DNA of 64,000 bases, taken from the NCBI GenBank assembly GCA_020137815.1, contig CM035352.1:2046001-2110000 (forward strand), given 5' to 3'. Below the pieces are notes generated by a model. That model worked only from the letters and a program-made list of their open reading frames with translations. It made no database searches and was not told where the DNA came from. The DNA comes from Hormiphora californensis (taxonomy: Eukaryota; Animalia; Ctenophora). Within the stretch, counting starts at the first letter, position 1. Each line of letters begins with the position of its first letter. The position numbers were made by a program, and so were the translations under genes. This document shows positions 1-12,000 of this stretch, piece by piece.

Positions 1-3000
1 AGGATAGCTCTGGTAGGACTGATAGTGAGAGAGGAATGGGTGTCAACAGGTACACTCTTTGAGGTGAGGACTGTTGAGTCAGGGTAGCTGGCAGTACACT
101 TGTAATCTCCTGCCGTTGAATTCAGGGTGACATTCTTTAGTTCCAACTCTGATTTCACCTGTCGGATCAAAAGGCTGTATAAAAGTTAAAAGACCGATCG
201 CTTTACTGAAAGACATGTACATTAGAAAAGTACTACATATATATTCGAATTTATGTAACAAACATTACCTTTAAAGTTTTGGAGAACTTCTCGCTTTTCA
301 CAGTTTCTGTTTCATCTTTTATCCACTTGACCACCACATCAGCTGTGTTATCTGTGTTGCTGGTGGCCATGCACGTTAACGTTATATCTGTTCCCTCTTG
401 GGCCATCCTGGGAACAGGCTGAGTTTCCATCCAAATTACAATGACAGCAAACTGGGAATCAATGGTTGTCTCATCTCCCTTATCATCTGCAGCTATCATC
501 CTGCAGGTGACTTGTCTGTCTGTCTCCAAGTCTGTCTGAGTGAGAGAGTTGCCTGTTCCTACTGTTGTGCTGCCTTCAAGCCATGTCAGGGAAGGTAATG
601 GAGTGTAGTCAGAGGCACTCTTAGCAGCTGTACACCGCAGGGTGACGTTCTTTCCTCGCTCTACAAAGTGTGTCCCTCCCCCAGTTAAACCTGCAATGTT
701 AGATAATACATCAACAAGGAAGTCATGTCATACTGCAAGACTGTAATGTCTGTTCGGAGAGGGTCTAGTCTTTTGAAAAACAGCAAGTGAGTTCACTAGA
801 TATAGTAGAGAGACAAGCAAGTACTGTCAGAGCATTGGCCTGACCCTATTCAAGTAGATTGTAACACCTACTGTAGGTAAGAACATTGAGTTTTGCGGTG
901 GTGGAGTATGAGTCCTCAGGCTGGACAACCGAGCAGGTCAAAATGGTAGAAGCGGGCAGACCCGCCAGAACGGATGTTCCTAGGACAAGATATGATGACT
1001 GAACACCGTTTGATACCGTTCCTGAAGAGGTAATCGTAGTCCCAACTGGGGCATTCGGCCATGTTATTGTTACTGGGTCGGTGATGTCTGTCACATTACA
1101 TGTCACTGTGACGTCATTGCTCGGCAGCACCCATCTATCAGTAGTTTCCAGCTCTGAAAATGTTGTGGGGGATGACACACAATCAGATTGAGTTTTTTGG
1201 AAGGAAAAGGTTAAAAATACACATGAAAATGAATTTACACGTCCTGGTTGAGTTAAATCGTGTGTTTTTACCGGGTTAGGACTCCCGAAGCACTTACCAA
1301 AAACGTCAAGTGAAACCTGTAGAGTTTGAGTTATTTCCCCAGAGGTTGCGCTACCAGCATAACTGTGATCACTTGTTACATTGCTCAGTTTCAGATACAC
1401 TTCCTGTGATCCACCACTAAAGATGCCAAGTTCGGTAGTACTGGCAGCTTGTCCATCCCAGGTGGCTGAATCGAGTGCCTGGCTGAGACCAGCTACAGTG
1501 CATGTTAGAGTTGGGGAGGATCCCTTTAGTGCTGCCGTGTCAGAACATGTCGTTGCTGTGCAGGATTTAAATGTTATATCTTTTAGCATGGATTTTAGGA
1601 ATATCTTGGTATCTTACTTGGTATCATATTGTATCGATATCTAGCTTGTTATGTTCTAACCCTCCTTTACATTCGCGTGGGGGCGAATAAGGCAATATCC
1701 AGCATGGATATAATTTGATTGGCTTGAGTATCAGTGTGGTGGCTTACTTGAGTTGCTTGACACATAAATTCTAAAATTCTTTTATCAACAATTCAATGGC
1801 TTACTGATTGAAAATGTCGTCAAGATCATCGTCTTATCAAGTGCACCATCCCCACTTCCGATTCTGCAAGTAACTTGGCTTGTGTCACCCAGTGATTTCA
1901 GTTTGGAGGCTGATAAAGTGAGAGTCGATGTTTGTTCCGTTCCACTGACAGCTTCATCTTTAAATGCGGTATCTGCTGAGCTTGTCAGACCTGCTCCCTC
2001 GATAAGCCATGTCACGGGAGCAGGAGTAGAGATTAAATCTGCTATCGAGCATGTTAGAGTTTGAGGCGATAGTTTACTCACTGATCGATCTTCTAATGTT
2101 ACATCTGAAACAAGATTTGATAAGAGTAGAACTGCCATGGGCGTGAACCCCTGCTGAAGACCCTATAGTATTAGCCCCGTGTGTATAGGGCCCATACAGT
2201 GTTAATACACACGGGGCCAATCCCTTAGCGACACCAGCACCGTAGTGAGGGTCATGATCAGTGAGAAACGAGATGTGACGAGTTGTTACACTAGTCCCGG
2301 GTGGAATAGTACCACTTGTTAATGTTAATTTGTTCAGGGATCTTACCAACGAAATCAAGATAAATTGGACTTGTCAGATCAGATTCGGGTGAATCTCTAG
2401 TGCAGGTAGCGGTTGCACTGAGATCGGTAGTTTGAGATGCTGAAAAGTCAAGCTCCACCTGTTTGTTTCCGTCCACAACGATATTGGTATAGATATTGCC
2501 ACTGTGCCCCGTGTTGGATATCTCGAGAGTGTTACACGTGTAACTAGATCCACCCCATCCCGTCAGGTAGGCCTTGATGGAGGATGAAGCGGCACTGGTC
2601 CCCGTCTCTAGGTATGCGTTCTCAGTCACCCAGTCTGTGAGGAGGAGTTGTATCATGTGTCGCATGGCAGGATCACGTATCAGAACCATGACGATCCAGG
2701 GTATAGTACTACAGACAACTGTATTTATGATGTTGAACATATAACCCACCAACTATGTCTAGAAGAACAGTTCCACCGACTTCATCTCCTGTGCTAAACT
2801 CTGCAGTGCATGTGTATGTCTCATCAGAAGTTGGGCAAGATGATATCGTTAGTATTGAAGTCTGGGAGTTGGCCTGATAGTTGTCATTTGTGATAGTGTA
2901 TCCTTCATCCAACTCTTTTCCTGACAGTGTCCATTTGATGGTAGATGGCTTGGTTGTCGTATCGAACTGGCATTGAACCAAACCTTTTTGACCTTCGCGA

Positions 3001-6000
3001 CACACTGTTGATACCACTTTTACATCTGTAACATTTTGTATGCATTGGTTTGACTGCAGCATAAGAAAGTAAAAATAACTTGATAGGGAGTATGAAACAC
3101 CACGCGGTCCTGGAACAAGTGTACTATTTGAAGATCTTACCGTAGTAATAGTACCGTGTGCGGCAAAAAAAAGGCCCCCCCTAGACCACCATAGTTGCCG
3201 ATGTGGTGGAGAGCTGTAACTTGGCAGGGTTGCTCCACTATGTCTATCTTGATCCTGACAGAAAAATCAGAGCTCTAGCTCAAAATTCATTTTCATGAAC
3301 GGAATGAACTTCTCCGTTCCTTCGATATGAGACCCCCTCATCATTCAGAATTTTTTGCCCGTCTTTGGCTAACGATTATCTTTGTAATGAGACCAATTTG
3401 AGCATAATCTGATTACCAGGAGAGACACAGTGGAGGGTTTTCCGACCGTCACTCCTGACATGTGATCCAGGCCCGGTCACGTGGTGAAAAGTGGGTTTGG
3501 GGTGCTGTTAACATGTCTCAATAACGGATTATTGCTCTCATATCCCTTGAATATCCCTCCACAATGCTCTCAAGTCACTTTGTGATGCTGATTGATTGGG
3601 TTCATGTCACCAGTTCTTGTCAAAGTTCTCAAGCGGCCCGTGATACGAGATCATTTCATCAAGGAGGGGCCATCTTGTGTCACTAATCAGCCTATCATCT
3701 CACATTACACTAGCCAAGGGATCTGGGGTATTTAAATCTTCAAATGTTCATCAAAATCATTCCCAATCGTTACTTGCAATGCATTTTACACCCGAACAGA
3801 GGAACTTCATCTGACTCAAGAAGGAAACCAACACCCTCTACCCCACCATCGAACAGGAGTTCTTTATCAAGTTTGGCCGCCTTCTTGAGCCAGATGAAGT
3901 TCCTCTGTTCGGGTGTAAAATGCATTGCAAGTAACGATTGGGAATGATTTTGATGAACATTTGAAGATTTAAATACCCCAGATCCCTTGGCTAGTGTAAT
4001 GTGAGATGATAGGCTGATTAGTGACACAAGATGGCCCCTCCTTGATGAAATGATCTCGTATCACGGGCCGCTTGAGAACTTTGACAAGAACTGGTGACAT
4101 GAACCCAATCAATCAGCATCACAAAGTGACTTGAGAGCATTGTGGAGGGATATTCAAGGGATATGAGAGCAATAATCCGTTATTGAGACATGTTAACAGC
4201 ACCCCAAACCCACTTTTCACCACGTGACCGGGCCTGGATCACATGTCAGGAGTGACGGTCGGAAAACCCTCCACTGTGTCTCTCCTGGTAATCAGATTAT
4301 GCTCAAATTGGTCTCATTACAAAGATAATCGTTAGCCAAAGACGGGCAAAAAATTCTGAATGATGAGGGGGTCTCATATCGAAGGAACGGAGAAGTTCAT
4401 TCCGTTCATGAAAATGAATTTTGAGCTAGAGCTCTGATTTTTCTGTCAGGATCAAGATAGACATAGTGGAGCAACCCTGCCAAGTTACAGCTCTCCACCA
4501 CATCGGCAACTATGGTGGTCTAGGGGGGGCCTTTTTTTTGCCGCACACGGTACTTACCCACGGCCGTTATGGCGAGACTGGAAGTGACAGTTGACTCTTT
4601 AAAAACCACAGACACATCAACCGTTGTATCAGCATCTGGACTATCGTAAGACAGCGTAGCTGCTGTTGTCGAGCCTACCTGGGTACCTGGAAAATATTGG
4701 AAAGTCTCAAAAATAAATTGAGGTTTAACTGTACTAAATCAGCTGTTTAAAATCACGATTCCCAAATAAAACATTTCTGCTAGTGTGGGATATATGTATT
4801 ATGTGAGGTACCCATGTTACCCCAGTGCCTCTACCTTCACACCCCAAAAAGTACACATCGCTAACCAGCACCATCAGATGGGGTCTGGATGTGATGATGC
4901 CACCACTGCATTACCTGAGATACTCCAGAGGTAGTTGGTCGGTGTGAGATGGTTGTTTGTTACTGCACACGACAATGAAATCTGTCCAGTCGCTCCCTTC
5001 TTGACAACCTTGTTGGCACAATTTACATCTGTAAGATGGGAAGAATGGCGGGAGTTTACATCTGGAATCATGATTGTAAAACCCTCTGATTCTCTTCCGT
5101 GAGAGAGGGGTACACTGTGCCAAAATCCAAATATATGACACTTTGGTCGTGTTTCATTTTACCTAAAACATCGATGGTAGTCGTGGTATAGTCTGTATTA
5201 GATGTAAAATCAAAACTGCAAGTAACCACAATATCGGTGGTTACTGTTATCTCAGCAGTAGATTTCCTATTGGTGGTACCCGTTAGCTGCTCATTACTGA
5301 ATACACCCCCGGACCAAGTTGCACTATTGATGGTGACAGTGTCAATGTCGCTCACAGTACAAGTGAGAGTTAGACTGTCACCCGCCTTCGCCGCGATCTC
5401 TGCTTTATGAGATACACCTGAAACAGTTTTCCTAGTTGTTTTGCTATGAATCTATATTTCATGCAGCACAAATTAGAATAAATGAAACATTGCTTTACAT
5501 TTGTAGCTGCTTACTCAAAAGGTCAACCTGAGTCTCAAGCTCAAAGTTAACGGTGGCAGTCTCGTATGATCCCTGGACAAACATCCAGGTGGTTTTTGAA
5601 GTGAAATCTTGTTCCATTCCAGCTGATGCGTACTGTGGCTGTCATGTAGCTATCACCGCTTTCCCTTTGTCTCCTTTTCAAGGCTCAGATGTGAGGAGTC
5701 GACTGTTCTGTGGGGTCACGGTTGAGGCTGATGCATCGACAAAGGAGCAACCGGACAGCGTTGAGTTGAAGGTTAAATCTCTGATTCCAAATGTGCCGAT
5801 TGTAGTAGATTGGGGGTTGTAGACAACCTCTGTAAGGGTTTCGTTTCAAATCATCCGTCAATTTTAACAAAACTATGATATATAATTAGTGTGCTACCTG
5901 CAGGAGGTTTGTTTGATAAAATATACCTGCTATTTCACCCAGAATCTCTGTGACAAGCTTCATTTGATGTCCCTGGAACACAGCTATACACTGCAAGGTT

Positions 6001-9000
6001 CGATCAACTGTGTTGTTCTTTATAACCAGTTGGCACATCTCTTTTGTTGTTGATCCTGAAACCTGAACGCAAGGAACTTCAATGCGCTGGCAACGGTGGT
6101 CATTCGACATCCCCCTCAAAATAACTCAAAAGCGCTGCCAACAGTGCAGTTATACTGCTTTAATACGCATGTTCTTGGTCCTCAATGATCACTAACCGCT
6201 GGTGTTGAAACTATATGGTTGCTGTCCTCAGTTATAGCAATATTCGCTTCTTTCCAAGAACAAGACTGGAGTTCAGGGTAATTCTCATAGACACACTGAA
6301 AGGTTGCGTCTTCACCCTTCTTAGTGACCGCCCGGTGAACCGTTTCTGAACCTGTAGATAGAGATTGAAAAATCGGTACCTCACATTATCACTGGTAGAG
6401 GTTATAGGGATCCCTAAAAAAGTTCAGTATTTACACAGCGTTTAGGGTTCCCTATAGAGGCTACAACAAAATGAAGAGCTTGAGCACCGTACCATTGTTC
6501 CCATGGTAACGAAAGAGGGGTCTACAGGATAATGAGGTGATGATAATCACCGCGGTGCTCAAGCTCCCATAATCTGAATGAGGGTCTTTCTGTTAACACT
6601 ACCTTGATATGCTTCTTTTAAATTTCCTGTCATGGTTCAAACGGGTCTTGACTTCTGTGACCGTTTTCAACCAATAGGGGTGGAGATGTAAAGTGTAAAT
6701 TAATTGGGGAAATGGGGGGGGGGTGCGGGGGTTTGGGGAATTGATGAGTCTCTGGGCATCAAAAACTCGAAAAAATGAGAAAAAAGAGTTAGAAAAAAAT
6801 TTGGAATAAAATAAAATCCTTCCTTTGTTTTCGTAAATCCAAATTTTAAATTCGATGGAAACCCCGCTGAGTAGAAGAATTACTCTCTCCCTTCACAAAA
6901 ACTTTTCCCCGATGTGAAAAAAAAGTCCAGCAGGGAAATTTCTACGGGTCTTCTCAGTGGATCCCCGTAAATTAGTAAAACCCGGTCACAGGACTCCAGG
7001 TACCCCTTTTTCTCTGTTTCCCCCTTTCTTTTTCTTTCTTTCCCCTGTCTTGCTGGGGGTTTTTTTTTCTCGTTCGTCTCTGGGGTTTTTCTCGTTTTGG
7101 GGGGGGACCCCCCTTTTTTCCCCCCCCCCCCCCCCCCCCTTTTTTTTTCCCCTTTTCCCCCCCCCCCCCCTTTTTGGGGAAAAAGGGGAAAAGGGCCCCA
7201 AAAAAAAAAGGGGGGGGGGGAAAAAAATAAAAAGGGGGGGGGAGAGAACGGGGAGAAAAGGGGGGGTTTCCCCCCGTCCCCTTTTTTCCCCCTTTTTCCC
7301 CTGCTCCGTTTTCCCCCTCTTGGGCCCTCCCCCCCCTTTTCCCCCCCCGGGGCCGCCCTTTTCCGTTGTTGGGGTCCCCCCCTTTTTTTTTCCCCTGTGG
7401 GCCCCCCTTTGCGGGTTTTTTAGGGGGGGGTTTGGGGGGGGAAAAAATTTTTTTACTCTTCCCCGGGCCCCCTTACAAGGCCGAAGAATGGGGGAAAATT
7501 ATTTTTTTCACCATTCCAATTTGCGAATTTTTAGGAAACCCCCCCACCACATTCCCCAAAGCCCCCCCCCCCCCCCCCCAATCCCACATCCCCAAACCCC
7601 CCCTAGGGGGAAAATCCATTGATGCCGACACCGTTTTCCCTGAAAAGCAAAAAAGTTTTAAAAAGAAAGACCCCTTCGATAGGAGCTTGAGCCCCGGGGA
7701 TTCTACCCCCCCAATTTCACCAGGGAACGGAGGGCAATTTTTTTTTGGAGCCCAAAAGCAGGTTTAACCTTTTTTCAAACTTGGCCCAAGGAGAAAAGGA
7801 TTAGTTTACATTTAAAACAATTGAAAATTTTTAAGAAAAAAAAAAAGGGAAAGGGAAAAAAAACCTGGGCTGATAAATTAAAATCAGAAAAAAGAATTTT
7901 ATAAAAGCCACCCCCGACGAAAAAGCCCCTCCCGGGGGGAAGGCCCAAAAATTCGCCACTTTTTTTTTGGCCTGGGAAGACGGAATGGGCTGAAAAAAAG
8001 AGCCAATCCGCAAGGGAACCCAGGGGTTTTAAATGAGCCAAACGGGAGGGAAATTTGGTGGGGGAACAAAGGGAAAGCCCAGGGGGGGAGGGGAAAACCA
8101 ATTTTTTTGGGGAAAGGGGCGAGATCCGTCCAGGTTGAGGCGATTTGTGCACGACTCGACAAAGGAGCAACCGGACAGCGTTGAGTTGAAGGTTAAATCT
8201 CGGATTCCAAATGTGCCGATTGTAGTAGATTGGGGGTTGTAGACTACCTCTGTAAGGGTTTCGTTTCAAATCATCCGTCAATTTGAACAAAACTATGATA
8301 TTAGTGTGCTACCTTGAGAGGTTCATTTGATAAAATATACCTGCTATTTCACCCAGAATCTCTGTGACGAGCTTCATTTGATGTCCCTGGAACACAGCTA
8401 TACACTGCAAGGTTCGATCAACTGTGTTGTTCTTTATAACCAGTTGGCACATCTCTTTTGTTGTTGATCCTGAAACCTGAACGCAAGGAACTGATCAATG
8501 CGCTGGCAAAGGTGGACGGTGGTTATTGGACATCCCCCCTAAAAATAACTCAAAAGCGCTGCCAAAAATGTAGTTATACGTTTTAGAAACTGATTTAACA
8601 CGCACGTTCTTGGTCCTCAATGATCACTAACCGCTGGTGTTGAAACTATATGGTTGCTGTCCTCAGTTATAGCAACTTTCGCTTCTTTCCAAGAACAAGA
8701 CTGGAGTTCAGGGTAATTCTCATAGACACACTGAAAGGTTGCGTCTTCACCCTCCTTAGTGACCGCCCGGTGAACCACTTCTGAACCTGTAGATAAAGAT
8801 TAGAAAATCGGTATCTCACATTATCACTGGTAGAGTTTATAAAGCTAGCGACTCAACCTTTTTTTTCAATTACTTGGCGCCAGAAGTTAAGAGACTCCTT
8901 CCGAAAAGATGCTTGCTGTGTTATCACTTATATCATATCTATGTTATTGAAATATTTTGAACAGCAAATAACAACATCACAAAAAGCAAGGAGTAAGGAC

Positions 9001-12000
9001 ATTACACAGCATAGATGGCAGCTAATATACATCACGAAATTCATTTAGTAATTTTATGTACACTAGCACACCCGCCTGACTGATGATAAACCCTCCCGGC
9101 TCCGCCGGATGGCCCTCTTTATTAACCCTTAAACGCCTATTTTTACTGTTGCCATGGCAACTGTATCGGTAATCATGAATACTGAACAATAAAGTTGATG
9201 TCATTATACCTTCTGCAAAGTTGTAGAAGACCATGGAGTCAGTGTAAACTGAGCCACTAACGGTGCATGTGTAACTGGTGGTCGTTCCCACTGTACCCAC
9301 ATCCATGGCTGATGCCTTTAGAGTCAGGGTAGCGGTCTGGACACCATTATTTAAGGATCCCTGGTTGATACCATGCATGTCTGTATCCGCTGTTATTTGT
9401 AAGTTGGATTGTTTGCTGGAGTTCATGATAAAAGTAACTTGTTTAGTTTCAGCAAAACCAGTCAATTTACAAGTTATGTCCTTTGTACCAGATGCGACAA
9501 TCATTGCATAGTCATCGCTTATATCAACGCCTGCAATTGATATAGTCCTTAAAATACGTACTCAATAGCCAGTATCTTCCTCTTCTCCGCAAATCAAGAA
9601 ATATTTGACTCACCTAAAACTTTAAGTTCTGCACTAGCCTCCACATATAATCCATTCGAAAACAGGGCAGAGCAGGTGAAGGTTATATCCTCAGAGGGAG
9701 CAGACACAATTGCAAGTGTAGTTGTCTGGGTGTCGACACTGAAGGTGTCCTTGGCCACCGTATACCACCCTGTTATATCTGTTACTGAAGTTCCGTTGGC
9801 AAAGGTCCAGGTGTAACTGTCCGGCTCAGAATCAGCAACGGTCAGTTTGCAACCAATTGAACTCGCTCGACCAATCTGGGCTTCTGATGCCACTCCCGCC
9901 AGAACTGAACAGAGTTGTTGTTATTGGGTTACTATGGCCTGGTTACTATGGCCTGGTTACTATGGTTACTATGGTGTTGACATCAACCTCTGAATCACAT
10001 ATTATTACCTGTATCCTTTATTGAGAGTGTAGTAACCTTTTCTACTGTTAATCCGCCCATGGTACAAGAAATCTTGGCACTCGCCCCAAGAGAAGTTAGT
10101 TTGCTAACTGATAAAGTTAGTGTTGATTTCATTTCAGTTCCACTAACTGTTACATCTTGAATGGTAGTATCTGCTGTAGAGACCGTTATCTCTGTTGATT
10201 CAATGTACCATGCGATAGTAGCAGGTGTAGATATGAGTTCCTTAATCAGGCAGGTTAGAGTAGCGGGTAGAGATTTGCTAACCACTGTCTCCGTGGGGAA
10301 TGTTACCTCTGAAGAAATTTCGGTTTAATTTTGGAACCGAGGTGTTACCAAGGTTTTCCTTGTCTTGCTCGACCCTGTTTCCCCGCACCAAAACAAGGTT
10401 TTCCACGAGCCCAAAATTAAATATAAACTAATCAACTAGCCTATGAAATGGATTGCAGAGTAAAACTGTGCATCACATTGCTCCCATACCTACAAAGTCG
10501 ATAACAGCTGCCTGAGTTACATCAGATTCAGGGGGGTTCCTATTACATTTACATTCCAACTGAGTATCAGCTGTTTGACCTGCCCCAACTGTTAGTGTAG
10601 AGACTTTGTTTCCATCGATAGTTGACGCTGCGAAGGTGTTACTCGAGTCCCCCGCACTACTCCATACTATAGCTTTACATGCAGACGATGAGTCTTGCCA
10701 GTCTTTGAGGGAGCAGGTGAGAGTGGTACCTGTCCCACTTTCACCTGATTCCAGGTAAAGACTCTCCGCTATCAAATCTGAAAATTATGGTAATCAGTAG
10801 ATACCAATCATTATTAATTGCATTGATTGCACCTGAGCTGTCTGGCGGTGCCGACCCGATCTGAGCGCATTGTCGAGAATTTAAATAAACGGGGTCTGGC
10901 CAGACAGGACCCTTAGGAACGTACCTACAATATCGAGAGTGGAACTCTGAACAAGTTTATCTCCGTTACTGAACACCGCCTCACACGTATAGGTAGTATC
11001 AACACCGGGACAAGACTTGATGGTTAGGGTAGCTGTCTGAGCAGAGAATCTAAAGGTCCCCTTACTCATTGAATAATCGTCACCCTCAATAAGCTCAGCG
11101 CCATTTAGGGACCAGTTGTACCCCGTTGGTTCCTCATCTGCCCCACTAATGGAACAAAATACTGCACCCTCATCTCCCTCCTGGCAGATCGCATCTCCAG
11201 CTGCAAACGCTGGGAAACATGTCGTTAGATAAGGGTATAATTATAAGGGTCACCAACAAGGCAGTAAAGGAATGAAATCTGCGTCACTGAAAGGAAGATA
11301 TATGTCATGTATACAGACTAGGAGATATATCCATCCTGTACTTACAGACTAGAAGATATATAATATCTATTCTGCACTTACAGACTAGGAGATATATATC
11401 CAGTGGATATATATCCATCCTGTACTTACCTACTACCTTGACGGTAATGCTGTCCTTGACAACTGCATCTCCGGGGAATACCACGGAAACCCCGTAGTTA
11501 CTAGTGGTGTCAGGACACGGTATTGATATTGTTGGCTCTGTAGTTATACCAAGGGATTCACCTGTTGTAGAGGTAGAATTTATATATCATGGTGTGTGGT
11601 CAAACAGACCTTCAATCAAAACTTAAAATGTTTACCAGTTTCCTCTTGCCAGGAAAAGGATTGGGGGCTTTGAGAGAGATCAGTAGGGTCACATTTTAGT
11701 GTCATATTAGCCACTATTCCAGACTGCACTATCCTGTTCTGACAGTTCACATCTTGAAAGAAATAAGTGATTAGGGCTAGGGCTGTTAGTAATGTGTCGA
11801 ATAGACCCCTAGCAGCTTGTAATAAATACAAGGGTTGTTATTCAGCTGTCTGTCACTATGATAATATTCCTAATTCCTACCTATGACATCGACACTGGTA
11901 GTCTTTGTTATGTTGTTCAGTGCGAACTCAAACAAACACGTATAGACAGTGTCCACAGTTCCAGTTATTGTGATATTCGATGATTTAGCTTTTGATACAA

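Larger units (their letters stand above)
5736..8841. repeat. Direct duplication of an Ig-gene exon block (5736-6406 repeated at 8156-8841)
   Basis: The same exons (EDATFQCVYENYPE, VSGSTTKEMCQLV, start of EVVYNPQSTT) occur twice with scattered substitutions and intronic indels, separated by homopolymer-rich sequence. Confidence 0.9.

Noticed and set aside
5642-5680. Selenocysteine or readthrough explanation for two in-frame TGAs
   Set aside because: The positions are not Cys-equivalent, a shifted frame gives a better Ig strand, and no SECIS can be assessed.
6957-8242. Pro/Gly/Phe/Lys-rich ORFs
   Set aside because: They are translations of homopolymer runs in probable low-quality sequence.
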